From Podarcis melisellensis (Eukaryota): a DNA stretch of 64,000 bases. Positions within the stretch are counted from its first letter, which is position 1. Each line of letters starts with the position of its first letter. The stretch lies in the NCBI GenBank assembly GCA_964234715.1, contig OZ174276.1, one strand, 5' to 3'. A program made the translations under genes and the position numbers. The notes beneath the pieces are model-generated. The model saw only the letters and a program-made list of their open reading frames with translations. It was not told where the DNA came from and ran no database searches. Shown here in pieces: positions 36,275 through 49,385 of this stretch.

Positions 36275-37224
36275 TTGTAGACCTATATGAGGAATAGAAT
36301 GTAGGGATGATCGCGGAGTGGGGAGTGGGGTCCGGAAGGAGCACACTCCCCACCCGCAGGCAGCCTCAGCCTGCCTGCACACATGACCTTGGGGTGCAGA
36401 GCACATACACCCCTCACAAAGCCACGGCTGTCTGAACATGGTTGCCTCTGTCTAACCTTTTGCGGTCTCAGTAGTCTGCAGTGCCCTGTCTGTAACCTTT
36501 GTTTCTGAGACCTTTTGTCTCCTTCGTCATACACTGTGCAAAGGGAAAATGACGGGGTGGAAACAGGTGCCAAAATACCTTTGTACCACCCCACGATCTC
36601 AGGACCGGAAGATGTGTAAAGGTCACAGCCCAAAATGTATCTGCCTGGTTTGCATATTTGTCTCAATAAAAGGAGGCTCCACGGGGCTGGCCGGCAGCTT
36701 GCATGCCGCTCACCTGTGTGCAGCTCACCTGCATTATCAACTCCTGCCTCATGTCCATCACTTCAATAGAAACCCAGTCAATCTGATGCCTCCTTTCCCA
36801 ACTGTATTGCAGAATTTAGAGTTCCAGTCCTGTACCTTGATGCGTAAGAGAGAGGGGAGAATGGTCCAACAATAGTACCGTCATTGGTGGCTCCAGATAT
36901 GTCCAGTTTACTTGTAATGTGCCAAACTGTAGTCTAATCACTGGATTACTTGGTCTGTGCCTGTCCTGATAACTTAAAATGCCAGTATTAAACAGACAAG
37001 AGCAGAAAACACACAGAGCTGCAATCAGGCGTAATTCACAAGGAGCCAAGAACAGAAATAGAGTCATGTGCCTTTCAAAAAGAAATGTGTGCCAATACTG
37101 ATGGGTTAAGGCAGAATTGCCCCATGCAGGTTGAGTATCAGCATTTGATTCCAGCACCTTTTCATATGCAAACTTCATAGAAGTCTTCTAATAACATCCT
37201 GCCATTCTCCCCATCTTATTCCAG

Positions 37225-38159
37225 GCAATGGGACCAGCTCCTGCAGGTGCTCCAACAAAACAGGCTGCAAGGTATTCCAGAATGGCTATATTTTGCTGTA
37301 CCCCTTCAACACGGAATACTGCCTGATCTGCTGCTCCATGCTTTATGTCATGTGGAAGAACGTGGGCCGGCGCATAGCTCAGCACCATAGTACTTCTGCC
37401 AAGCCCAGATTCAAACCACATGGGGTCATTTTCGGGCCGCTGCTGGGCATCTTCGCAGTGATCGCTGGCATCTGCATTTTCATGATGTATCAGGTCCAAG
37501 CCACCAGCTCCTCCCCGAGCCATCAAGCATTCATTCTCTATTATTCCTACTACATTGTTTTGTTGCCTGTGATGACACTAGGAGCCTTAATTGGAACCAT
37601 CACCCATGGCTTAGAAGAGAGGGAGCTGGACACGCTAAAAAACCCAACACGAAGCCTCGATGTGATATTGCTCATGGGAGCAGCCTTAGGCCAGATCGGC
37701 ATCTCTTACTTTTCCATTGTGGCCATTGTGGCCACAGACCCAACGGATTTGTTGAACAGCATCATCCTAGCCTATTCTGTGAGCCTCATCATTCAGCACA
37801 TCACCCAGAACATCTTCATTATTGAAGGGCTCCATAGACAGCCACTGCCGGCAAATGAAGGTCGCAGCCAGGCTGAACATTCCAGGAATGGCTCTACCTC
37901 AACCCAGAGCCCACCCAGTGAACACATGATTGCATCCCCTGGCTGTCAAGAACCTGTCTCATCCGCAGCCAACAAGGAGGCAGATCCAAATGAAGGGGAG
38001 AAATGCGAAGATACTAGCGTCCCAAAGGTTTACAACCAAGAGAGAAGGCAGGACATCCGGAAAGCTTCACAAACCTACATCCAGATCTACAGCCATTTGA
38101 ACTGGAAGAGGAAAGCTCTGAAAGAGATCTCTAGCTTCTTGATCATGTGCAACATCATA
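37225..38159 (+). CDS. OTOP3: OTOP3 coding exon 5
   Basis: ttccag|GC NGTSSCRCSNK...LYPFNTEYCLIC...LKEISSFLIMCNII|GTAAGT, 935 nt. Confidence 0.95.
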
Positions 38160-38863
38160 GTAAGTGCTTGACTTCAGTGCATATAGAAAACTCAGGTGAG
38201 GATTGTAGTGAAGAGCCCCAAAGCCAGCCCAGGAACACGAGCAGCTCCCATCTCTAAACTTGAGGTATGCTGCCACCAGCCCTCACTTTTCCCTCTTACA
38301 TTGAGACAAAGACAATTCTCAAAGCTACAAGCAGTTAATATTAGTTAGGGCAGAGTTTGCCAACACACTATCTGTGGGCACCACTGTGCTTGTTAGTAAC
38401 TCCTAGGGCACCCATGAAATATGTCTTCTAAAATCCGCAATGCAGGAGAACATGGCTTGCTCTTCCTTAATATAAGGTCAGGACAGGGCTTTTTTTTCAG
38501 CCAGAGCTCAGCTCTGGCACCTCTCAAGTGGGCATCATTGCCATTCTAAGAGAATGAGGGAGATGTTCATTGTGAGCTCTGGCATCTCTTTCTAGGGAAA
38601 ACAGTACTGGGAGGGAGGGGTAAGAAAACAAGAGGATAGATAGACCTTTGTATATGGGATCAGCAGCAGCAGGAGACAACCCTGGCACATGGAACCAAGG
38701 TTGCTTTGATTTTCAGGTCACTGGAAAAGGAGGAACAGGAAGTGGGGACTTAAATCAAAGGCAAAAAAATACCTTGAGGTATCTCTATATTAACTGTCCC
38801 CCTTCCCTGAGCTTCGACTGACAAACATTCTCTGGTTTTTGCTCTTTTCACACCCCTTTTCAG

Positions 38864-39034
38864 TTGTGGATCATGCCATCATTTGGAGCACATCCGGTGT
38901 TTGAGAATGGAATAGAGAAATCATTTTATGGCTACTCTACCTGGTTTGTTATCGTCAATTTCGGGCTTCCCTTGGGTGTGTTCTACAGGATGCATTCCGT
39001 TGGCGATCTTCTGGAGGTGTACCGATCTGCTTGA
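38864..39034 (+). CDS. OTOP3: OTOP3 last coding exon
   Basis: tttcag|LWIMPSFGAHPVFENGIEKSFYGYSTWFVIVNFGLPLGVFYRMHSVGDLLEVYRSA*, 171 nt. Confidence 0.95.
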   Translation: MWIMPSFGAHPVFENGIEKSFYGYSTWFVIVNFGLPLGVFYRMHSVGDLLEVYRSA

Positions 39035-39289
39035 ACTCAACTCAAGCCTTCATACATTGAAAGCAGAGTGAAAACGTCACTGAAATATTTATGGAAACCA
39101 GTAACTGTTATGAGACTATGACATTAAAAAGTGGAAATTGTGGCTACGGTTTGAACAGTTTACGACACTGGGGTGGGGGAATCAAAGTAAATTTAACCTT
39201 CTTAGTACATAGCCTACTATGTCATAACAGATTATTATAGAACTGACACATTCTGTGTACATTATAACCTCTAATTACAATTATGCTAG

Positions 39290-39621
39290 TAAGGTAAAGG
39301 GACCCCTGACCACAAGATCAAGTCGTGACCGACTCTGGGGTTCCAGTGCTCATCTCGGTTTATTGGCTGAGGGAGCTGGCGTACAGCTTCTGGGTCATGT
39401 GGCCAGCATGACTAAGCCGCTTCTGGCAAACGAGAGCAGCACACGGAAATGCCATTTACCTATGTATCTACTTACACTTTGACGTGCTTTTGAACTGCTA
39501 GGTTGGCAGGAGCAGGGAACAAGCAACGGGAGCTCACCCCATCGCGGGGATTCGAACCACCAAACTTCTGATTGGCAAGTCCTAGGCTCTGTGGTTTAAC
39601 CCACAGTGCCACCCGTGTCCC
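39290..39621 (-). mobile_element. Sauria SINE, near full length with a small internal deletion
   Basis: 13-bp TSD TACAATTATGCTA at 39276-39288 and 39622-39634. Confidence 0.95.
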
Positions 39622-41369
39622 TACAATTATGCTAAACAACCATTAATGAGAAACACAAGACTTGGAAGATGTGGGAACTGAGCTGGGCCCAACAATCCCT
39701 TCAGCAAAACTGTCACCTTCCATGAATATGTCAGTCCTTTAGGGTGCAAGAACCAGCCTTCAGAGACTGAGAAGCGGGTCGCCAGAGGCATTTTGAAAAG
39801 GACATGGTAAGCGAATACTCGTGTTAACACCCATCCACATCTAAAGAGTTAACAAACCACAATGTCTGAATTTGATGTATGTCTGGCAGGTCCAGAGATG
39901 CTTTTGGAGTTTTGTCCTTCATGTTGCCTCAATAGGCATATAACACAAGTAGTAATGCTCAGGAAGACTGAAACATAACCAGGTATCAAGCAGAAAAGGA
40001 ACAAGAAAATATGTAACACCAGTTTTCCAATATTGTCTTCAAAGTAACTACTGTATCTGAGGGAAAGATGATTTGAGTTCTGATCTCTGCTGACACTGGG
40101 CTATTATCCTTTTATTGTCAGGGGTTTACAACAATTAATAGGACTTTAGGGGGTGTGGAAAGGTACCCTCAGGATACTCACATTGCCTCAATAGTTGTCC
40201 CATTCCCACTGGAAAGCCTTGTTTAGAGGACGTCCCCAGGACATGATGGAATAAGACAAGGAGTATAAAGTGTTCAGAATGCAATCACACATTTTGTAAG
40301 TTAGCATGGGCCAATAGTCTAATTCTGTTTCCATGATTTATCTAGTAACACTGAACTGGGAACAGATAGATTTTAAGAGATGTGATGTATAGTTTTGAAG
40401 AAATTGCATTTGATCTGTAGCAATAGTGATGGCACTGTGGTGAACCTTGAAAAGCCACATCATTAAGCAGTTAAGATGCCTAGCTAAATGTTAAAGTTTA
40501 TTGCATGTGCAATCTGCATTTCACCCATGTTCAGGACACAGAAAAGCCAGTAGAACACAATGAAAAGCTGCCACTAAATTATAATAGGTCTTGGCTCAGC
40601 CTGGTGATCCATTATATAAGGGATTAAAAGCTGCTCCTGGCGTTGCAATCAATTCATCTTTTAGCACTATCTAAATTCTTCTTGTTGCCAAAGGCTAATA
40701 GATGGAACTGTAAACATCTCGTTTTATTACTCTCTTGCAAAATAAACCACTCTCAAGCAATTTCTTGGTCAAGGTATGGGCCTGACATCCTTTTTAAAAA
40801 TAATAATAATAATAAAGAGTTATGAGAGGCAAAAACAGTATGCACAGGTCTTAGGTTCCCATGCCTGTCAAACAGTGTGGAGACTATTTCACTTGGACTT
40901 ATAGGGCAAAAGGTCTTACGCTTTTGGACTTTGCATCTCTGTTAATTTTACCCAGCCTTATGTCAACAGGAACTGTCAGAAGAAATAAAAGCTGGATAAA
41001 TTAGCACTCTTAAAAGTTAATTATTACCACAATCCTCATGGGCAAAAGCACAGGATCCCATCAAAGGAGCTTACTGAAGGTTAGTCCTCTTTTTAAATGA
41101 GAGAATTAGGGAAAGGGTTATAGATCTTGCAACAAAGAACTCTGTATGTGCAAGGGAGGCTGCCTGGACTGGAGTATACACATGGGGAGCTGGGCCTGTC
41201 CTACGACAGTTAAGTTCAAACAGATCCATTGCATAAGCTGGTCAGGATTTTAAACATCCCATTCAAATTTCCACATGTTCATGTTCAATGCTTTTGGTTT
41301 CTCATATTGCTCTGCAGATGGACTTCTTCTGTACACCCTAATTTGACAAATCCCTAAGATCGTTGCAGG

Positions 41370-42283
41370 CATGGAGGAATGGATGGGTGAGGACCCCTAA
41401 GCTACATTTAAACCCTGTCGAGACGGAGGCCTTGTGGGCGAGTGGCTCCTGCATCCAAGAAACAGGAGAGTTACCTGCTCTAGATGGGGCTTCACTCCCT
41501 TCTGAATGAACAAGAATGGAGTCCTGTCATGCTCCTGGATCCCTCTTTGTCACTGGAGCCACAGGTAGCCTCGGTTGCTAGGAGTGCCTTTTACCAGCTT
41601 CATCTGGTAAGACCATAGTGGCCACTGGAGTTAGGGGCCTCAAGACTGGATGCCTGCAACGTGCTGCATGTCGGGGATTCCCAGAAAGCTGTAGTTAGTG
41701 CAGAGTGCAGCAACCAGGCTGTTAACTGCAACATCTTCCCAACAGCATATAGCACCTCCGCTAAGAGATCTGCACGGACTGCCAAAATGCTATAGGGCTC
41801 AGTTCAAGTGTTTGCTTTCAGTGTTTAAAGCCCTATGCAACCTGGGGCCAGGTTACCTGAAGGACATCTTGCCACCTATATCCTTGCTCAGCAATTGCAT
41901 TCCTCTGATGGGGCGTTGTTAAGAGTTCTGAATATCCCAGAAGTACATTTGATCTCAACTCGGGAAGCGGGTCTTTAGTGTTGTGGCTGTAGCTCTAAGT
42001 AATCAGCCTCCCACTGAACAGACGTGCTTAGCATCTTTACTTTTAGCAGCTACTGAACACTTATCTTTTTAAGATGTTTCTTATCTTTTTAAGAAAGTCA
42101 AAATGACCCAGCCATTTCATACTGGATTACATTACACAGAATTTTGCAGTTTGACATTTTAAAGATATGCTTTAAAAAACAGTTGTGTATATTTCGTTGC
42201 TTATGAATTTTTAAAATATATTTCTGTTGAGCGCTGCTTCAGAAACATTTGTTGGGAAGCAGTTTAAAAACCCTTTAATAAAT
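41370..42283 (+). mobile_element. Decayed L2-type LINE 3' portion
   Basis: ORF2 remnants KLHLNP and HIAPPLRDLHGLP...RAQFK...KALCNLGPGYLKD with frameshifts; ends in taataaata. Confidence 0.75.
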
Positions 42284-42440
42284 ATGGCACCCAGTTGGAG
42301 CCTACGTTCACCCTATGGCTTTCTGTTAATCGGTGCAAGGGACTGTGCAAATGCTCTGAACTTATCTGTGACATCTCTCTCCAGGTGCTGCTTCCAGTTT
42401 AGCAGTCGTGTTGAATCGGGAACTCCTGTGCAGCCATGCC

Positions 42441-42446
42441 TTTAAT
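42441..42446 (-). terminator. Candidate HID1 polyadenylation signal ATTAAA
   Basis: tttaat on the + strand, about 2 kb past the HID1 stop and just before the L2 relic; position is only suggestive. Confidence 0.3.
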
Positions 42447-44441
42447 GGAAAGTTACATGTTGCAAAGGACGCCAGATCATCATAAATCAAACAGTACCAA
42501 ACAAACTCATAAACCTTCTAGAGATACAGACACAGAGGAAAGCCCATTGCAGTGTTTTAAGATAATTTTATCTCTATATGTAAAGCAAATAGTTTACAGT
42601 GCAACTCTGATTTTTCATGGAACAAAGAGCAGACCTGCAACACCAACGAATGCAAAAGTCAAGATAAATTCACAAGGAACAACCCACATTGACACAAAAT
42701 AAAAAGATGGGGTGCTCACAAAAGCGTCTCTGTGTGAAAGGGAATGGGACAGATCAGTGTCTGGTCCAGTGTGATACACTCAGCCAGACCCTTGCCAGAG
42801 CACTACCAAATCACATTTGAGAAATCAAAGACATTCCAGGGAAAGTATGAACTTCAGTCTGCCAGTGGAGGTGGAAGGTGAGATGAATAGATTAGTTTTG
42901 CCAATGAGAAAGGAGTGAGATAAAGGATATTTGTCCTTTAAATTCTTCATCTATTTTCATCTTCTAAATATTTAGAATAAGCTCCAGATAAAACCTAGAA
43001 TTTGCCAATTCTGTCCAAGATAGCCTACCCTATCCTGTTTAGGATAACCTAAAATATGACACATCTCTCATTTCCTGTAAGTGAGCAAGAACTACCCATA
43101 GTGAACAAAAACTGTGATTCCAAACTGGTGGTGGCCCCTGGACCCTTTGAGAGCCTTCTGGGGAGTCTGAAGAATCTTAGACTCAAGTGGTGATCAGCCA
43201 GAAATGGACCTGTCATTCCATGACCATATTTGCAAGGGGATGTTGGCTTGCATCGTAAGATACAAAACTAATTAAACTCATGTTAGCTAACCCAGGTCTA
43301 AGCATAAATCTCAAATTCTGAAAATAGAAAACTCACATTCCTCTGTAAGAACACTTTTCAAATTCATGTTGATTCCTCAGAGACACATTCCAAAGGCATG
43401 TGGTCTATCGACCAGCCTTTGCCAGTCCCTCATGAATTCTGCTAGGGAGAAATTCCCATTTCCCCCTGCTAACTTTGAATCTATAAATCTAGCTTAAGCA
43501 ACCCAGAACAGAAGCCACACGGCGCAGCTTCTTAAATAATTAAACTTCATTCTAGCAGTCTTACTGCCTACAGTTATCATTAAACACAACAAAACGATTC
43601 TCTAAATCCCTGAAAAAGAGCATGGGTCCACCCCCTCCCACCCTCTCGCCACATGTCCCACCTCAGAACAGCTTTCCCAGAAACAATTCCTGCAACAAAC
43701 ACAGTGTGATGCATCTTAGACATACATCCACCATTAAAAGGGAGGAAGGACGAGGGAAGAGGAATGTGGATGCTACATTACAGCACCAATACAAAGTAGT
43801 TAAGCACATTTTCAGTGACAGGAAAGAAACAACCAGACCCAGAAGATTAACCTGAAGTGACTTAAATAAATAGAACCCCACAGCCACCTAGTAAAAGCTA
43901 CTACTCCACCCTGGGTAGTTACAATAAAGCAAAACACCAGCAAGGTGGGCAACATAAAAGTGGTGGTAGGATACATTCTTTGGGAGGGGGGAAACCACAG
44001 AGCTACCTTCTGTGGTAGCACTTCCTTCATTGGTCCAGTTTTATATCATTCTTTACATTCAGCATATTTTAATTGAAAGGCTGAATCTGACCAGGGAATG
44101 AAAAGATTGCTTCTCCAGCTAGTCAGGTTCAGAACCCCACCCAGAAGCAGAAAAACAGCATGGTGATATACGGGTTGGTTTTCAGTGCAACCACCCAAAG
44201 CTTTCCTTGCACATTCTTCCATCAAAGTTCCCTGGGAGCTGGGGATGAGGGAAGATTTTTAGAGGGGGGTGGGTCCTCAGCTTGAAAGTGGCAGGTCAGT
44301 AAATGGAGGTGATTGTCCTTTGGATCACTCAGCAGGCAGTGAAATGAAGGAAGAGCTGTGATGAAGAAGCGCACAGCAAGATCCTTGTTTCCAGTGTTCC
44401 CCTCTCAACAGGGGCAAGTTCCTCCCTCTCTTCCCCATTCC

Positions 44442-44505
44442 TTAGACTCGCTGAATTTCAAACAGCTTTACATCCGTGTCATACCAGATAGGGGGATCCA
44501 CATTC
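44442..44505 (-). CDS. HID1: HID1 last coding exon (NVDPPIWYDTDVKLFEIQRV*)
   Basis: Acceptor tctctttctcttcag|G; TAA at 44442-44444. Confidence 0.94.
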
Positions 44506-45958
44506 CTGAAGAGAAAGAGAAGTTTGTTTTATTAGGCAAACACAAATCCCGGCATTTTCCCATCTAGGATAGTTACAACGTTCACAAAACTTTAACAGAT
44601 TTGCAAACGCATGAGGTCAACAGACACAAGTTGCTGAGGGCCGCACTATTTGTGATGCTCAGTCACATGTCTTTCCCCAACTATTTCTTCATTATCTTTC
44701 TGCTCTACTCAGACTGGAAGCAGCACTCCAGAGTCTCAGACGTATAAAAGTATTCTACATCCACCTGCTTTCTGATCCTTCTAAAATGAAGATGCCAAAG
44801 ATTTTCTTTTACAAAACAGAACTGTGGAAGATCAGTAGTGGTGAGGCTTCATAACTCTTTCTCCTCCAAGGCCCCCACCTTAAAAAAATTCCACACCCAC
44901 ACTCAAAAAAAATATTAACAAATCAAAGTGATGCAGATCATCCAAACATATACAACTTGTGTATACAGTGTAAACTCACTGCTGCAACTGGCTAAAAGTA
45001 TATCCTTCCTATGATGCTTCAACCTCTCAGATCCACTTGTAATCCATATAACAGAGATCACAAGTACAAGAAACTGTGAAAAGATTTACTTGTCACCATG
45101 TCCATGCCTGCAGAAAGTTACACTGGAACAATTATCTCCACCCAGGCAATTCTCTCCACCCATGGAGATAATAATTCTACATTATAATAAACTGTCTACC
45201 ATTTCCTTACTGATATTGTTACAGCAACTGCAAGTTCCTTCATGGCAGTATTATTAAACTATTCCATACCACCAGGATGGGCAACCTGTGTTTTAATATA
45301 CTGTTTAAATCCTGAAATTATCCGTCTTTAGCTGAGAAGGGGAAATATACACGCAGGTCCAGCACCCATGCCCGAGGGTAAAAGATCCAAAAAATGAAAT
45401 GCCAGCATTTCTTAAAGGTTCAGAACCGAACATTGAATAGATGCCTAAGGCTGAATAGACGCTTATTGTGAGGAGGATTTTTTCCCATTTCCCCAAGGTA
45501 ACATGACCCATTATGGATTTTCTCTTAAATTTACTTTCCTGTATCTTAACCCCATGCTCTCCATACTATATTAAGGGCACCTGAGGAATAATTGTTCTCC
45601 CTTTTTATTTCCAATATCTAAACATTATTTTGAATTGCCATTTTGTTTTCAAATTCTAAGCCCAGTTCAATACTAAATGTACGTTATTCTCAGATGCCGA
45701 TAAAACCCTGATTACACTTCAAAGTGATCTTACTGAAAATGAAATGTCATTCTCTGTACAGAACCTAACAACATGGCTCATGACAGGCTTGGCATCCATT
45801 ACTTTGTGCAAAATTTAAAATTCACAGCATAACTCCACCTCATGCTTATGAAGGCAGCCTTTAGTACCAACCACTTAACTGAAAACAAGGCAGGCCACTC
45901 GTCAGCAACATGCTATCAGTGAAGAAAAATGAATTTGGGTTGTTTTGGGCCGACTTAC

Positions 45959-46117
45959 CTCAAATAAATAACTCCCCACATGTAAGTGCGGAACCACATA
46001 GCAGTGCCACAGTTAGCCTGGTATTTGCGGATCAGGATGGGATGAGGAACAGGAAGCAGCCCCACCAATGTGCCATGCTGCAAGAACTTCAGAATCTCAG
46101 ACTCATCTGTGAGGCCC
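45959..46117 (-). CDS. HID1: HID1 exon (GLTDESEILKFLQHGTLVGLLPVPHPILIRKYQAN...WGVIYLR)
   Basis: ttccag| ... |GTAAGT, 159 nt. Confidence 0.95.
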
Positions 46118-48103
46118 CTGGAAAAAAGAGAGAACACTTAAATGGATGCTGCAGAAGAATAAACATGACCTGTGACCCACAGAGTTTCCTTTTATTGGTG
46201 TGCACTCAAGTTCCACGGACAAGGGCAAGATGAAAGAGCATTAGAAATTCTCTAAAACTGCCAGGAATTCCCTGCAGAACATATTGAAGTGTCCAGTTAT
46301 TTCCTTCAAAATGACATTAGTGTATTGGTCCAAGCTTGCTTTTACAATACACTAAGGGGCTAAATTACATACAACTCTGGAGCTCTGTGTCTGGAGGTCC
46401 AAGGCAATGTACTTTTTTGTAAAAGCAGCCACACATTTCCAGTTGAGGTCAGGCACAGGGGGTGAAGGTACAATCCTTCCTACAGCTGTGATCTAGACTG
46501 CTCCTCTGGAACAGCTGTTGCCAACAGGAAGTTCTACATATGGGCTAAAAAAAAATTAAGTGAACAAGTTCCCCCTCCACAACTAACAGCCATTAAGGAA
46601 TGAGGGTGATCTCAATAGGGGCCCACGCCACCCACACCCATTGCAGTTCTAGTCTAAAACTGGACCCCGTGGCTCATTTTACAAATTGGGAGCTGCAAAG
46701 CAAAGAGCTCCAATGTGACATGCAGTTTTGGTCCAGTGAAGAATGTCAACTTTGCTAATAAATATCTTTAGTCAGGACAAAGAACACCAAAGAGTTTTAC
46801 CCACACATTTACAGGTATCTTTTTTCTGATTGTTAATGAGGCGACGGAGACTTGCCTATTACAAAAATTGATTAGGACCATAATGCTTATGTTTACTAAC
46901 TCAACATATGTAGATAGGATATTATCTCTTTGAATAAGGAAAATTGCACAGTAACATTACAGATTATGCATGAGGTATCAGCCAGATTCAGGCTGGATCT
47001 AGACACATCAAAGAAGCGTTTCAGTTTAAAGCGTTATAAATTTAAACGGGGAAAACAGGTAGAGAAAAACGGGACTGCCATGTTGCCACCTGGTGGCACA
47101 ATGTTATATTGCATATACAACGCATATAAGTCACTTTTTCTTTACCAATCTAGCTGAGTCCATAGTTTCAGCAATGTACTGTATGCTATCAGTGCAATAA
47201 TAAGAGTTCAAAATTGCTTCTGTGTAAAGTGTTATCTGAAATCGTTATCGTGCTGCAATTTATTGCCTTTCTTAGGGAAACCAGTTAACCATCAGGTCGT
47301 GCAGCTGTAGGGAGCCAGCCCCATAATGCTCTGCACTTCTTAAACCACCCCCTCAAGCAATTCATTGGGGTATAGAATCAAAAGGCCCTAAGAAAATGCA
47401 AATGTGGGGTCCGTACTCCTTCTCAAACTTTGCACTAAAGAAGATATACAGAGGTGGGGAAATCATGCTCCCTATTCAAGGAGAAGATCAGTTTCAGAGA
47501 TCTTCAGAGAACGTCCTTGAGTTGCTGCTGGCTAATTTTAATGGTGACCATGCTTATGTTATTGAGGGTATAGGATTTCTTATTATCATCTAAACCATAG
47601 TGTATGATTACTTTTAGAGTTTGTTGTTGTGTGAGTATTTTTTTAATGGAAAGTTTGTATTAGAACTGTATCTCTCACTGCAATTTTGCGTTAAGACCTG
47701 CATAAGCTGATGAACAAATGAAATTTATTGTATTACCACAGTTAAAAGAAATTAGCAAGAAGATGTTCCCGCTATGCATTAGGTAAACAACAACAAAAAA
47801 CTTTTGAGGGGAAGGTTGGCGTGTGCAAGCTCGTAACAGATCTCTTGGATAGCCTCAAAGCTGGGCTTTGCACAAGTGCAGAGCCCCATACATTGAGTCA
47901 ATATAGATAGACTTCTTTCTGAGGTTTGGGACTGCATGTACTTTGGGTAATTGTTGCCAAATTTGATATTACCCAAACTCCTATAGAAAAGTGAGCAGAG
48001 GGCATGTCCTGATCATCACAGTAATGACTTCTTTATAATTCATATCACTTTACAACTCCCCTCTGGCCCCCCCTCAAATATTCAAAGGACCATAAACACT
48101 TAC

Positions 48104-48195
48104 TTGTCAATGCAAATCTTCTCTACCTGGGGGACCAAGACCTGTAAAAGCCGCATGATTGTCTGTAGGGGCAGCTTTGACTTCCAAGATACTAC
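48104..48195 (-). CDS. HID1: HID1 exon (VVSWKSKLPLQTIMRLLQVLVPQVEKICIDK)
   Basis: ttgtag| ... |GTAAGT, 92 nt. Confidence 0.94.
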
Positions 48196-48507
48196 CTACA
48201 AAGAAAAGGAGTAGAAGATAAAATCAGTGGTTTTGAACAACTCAGAAAGCATACAGATGAACATATTCATGTAGAACATGTCAAGTATATCAAATTAGGT
48301 TGCCCTTAACAGGGACAGTAGGGGCATTAGAGTATGTACCTACAAAAGGAACTTCCAAGTCGTCCCCCCCCCCCCCCGCCGCCGCCGCCACAAAAACATA
48401 GGCAGGGGTTCTGTGAATGCTTATATTAATTGTTTTCTATAAGAGAATTAAGTCTTCAAACATAACCACACAAGCTCTGAACACTGTAGGTTTCTGAAAG
48501 AAGAGTA

Positions 48508-48739
48508 CAGTGGTACCTTGGTTCCCGAACAGCTTAGTTGACAAACAAATTGGCTCCTGAATGCCGCAAACCCAGAAGTAAGTGTACTGGTTTGTGAACG
48601 TTTTTTGGAAGCTGAAAGTCAGTTCCTGCTGTCGGCATTGTTTCCGGGGCCAATCAGAAGCCATGCCTTGGTTTTCAAATGTTCTGGAGGTCGAATGGAC
48701 TTCCAGAACGGATTGAGTTCAAGAACCAAGGTACCATTG
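48508..48739. mobile_element. Tc1/mariner-pogo-type MITE (TIR CAGTGGTACCTTGGTTC)
   Basis: ta|CAGTGGTACCTTGGTTC ... GAACCAAGGTACCATTG|ta. Confidence 0.85.
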
Positions 48740-49304
48740 TACTCTGTCCCTACAGAGACAGAGAAAGCCGCAAGACACCCCAGGGATAAATCCTCTTCTC
48801 GTTTAGAATGAACACACAGCAACCCACCCTTCCACAGACAGAAAGAATCACGTAGACTTAAAAGCTAAGAAAGACTGCTTAACTATTAATAATTTTGATA
48901 TTAAAAGCTTTTTATTGCATGTAGTGCGCAAAGTTCATTATAATTCCTGCTTCATTAAGCAATGAAGGGAGCAATGGAGCAAGACCAAAAACTATAGTGA
49001 TCCCTAATGAGGGATGAAAAGTGTAGCACCTGCTTGCTGTTCTTTGCAGGCCCCTCTCTGCTCAGGTCCAGGTGGCAGGAGAATGCTGCTTCATCACTTT
49101 GGAACAAGCACACCCCCCCTCCCCCGACTGCATCACGCTTGCTGTAAAAAGGGCTCAGGGTGGGCATCTGCTCTAATGCACATAGCATTTTACTTAATCA
49201 CCGCCTGTTTACTTTAACTGACTAGGAGCAGCCCCAGTTCAGCTCCTGCTGAATCAATAGGGAGCGAGAAGGAAAAGGAATCATGGAGCACAGGCTCCTC
49301 TCAC

Positions 49305-49385
49305 CCATTCAGGAGTTGGATTCCACTGCCCAACGGAGGATGCACTGGACTGACGCCGTCGATCTCGCCGGGGCTGCAATGATTC
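49305..49385 (-). CDS. HID1: HID1 exon (ESLQPRRDRRRQSSASSVGQWNPTPEW)
   Basis: tttctcag| ... |GTGAGA, 81 nt. Confidence 0.9.

Larger units (their letters stand above)
31605..39034 (+). other. OTOP3: OTOP3 gene, CDS span (6 coding exons, 605 aa proton channel)
   Basis: KSWLHRHCS...AQKAGRLFSGL, LYPFNTEYCLIC, KNPTRSLDV and FYRMH motifs. Exon sizes 137/59/119/171 are identical to the OTOP2 paralogue. Confidence 0.95.
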
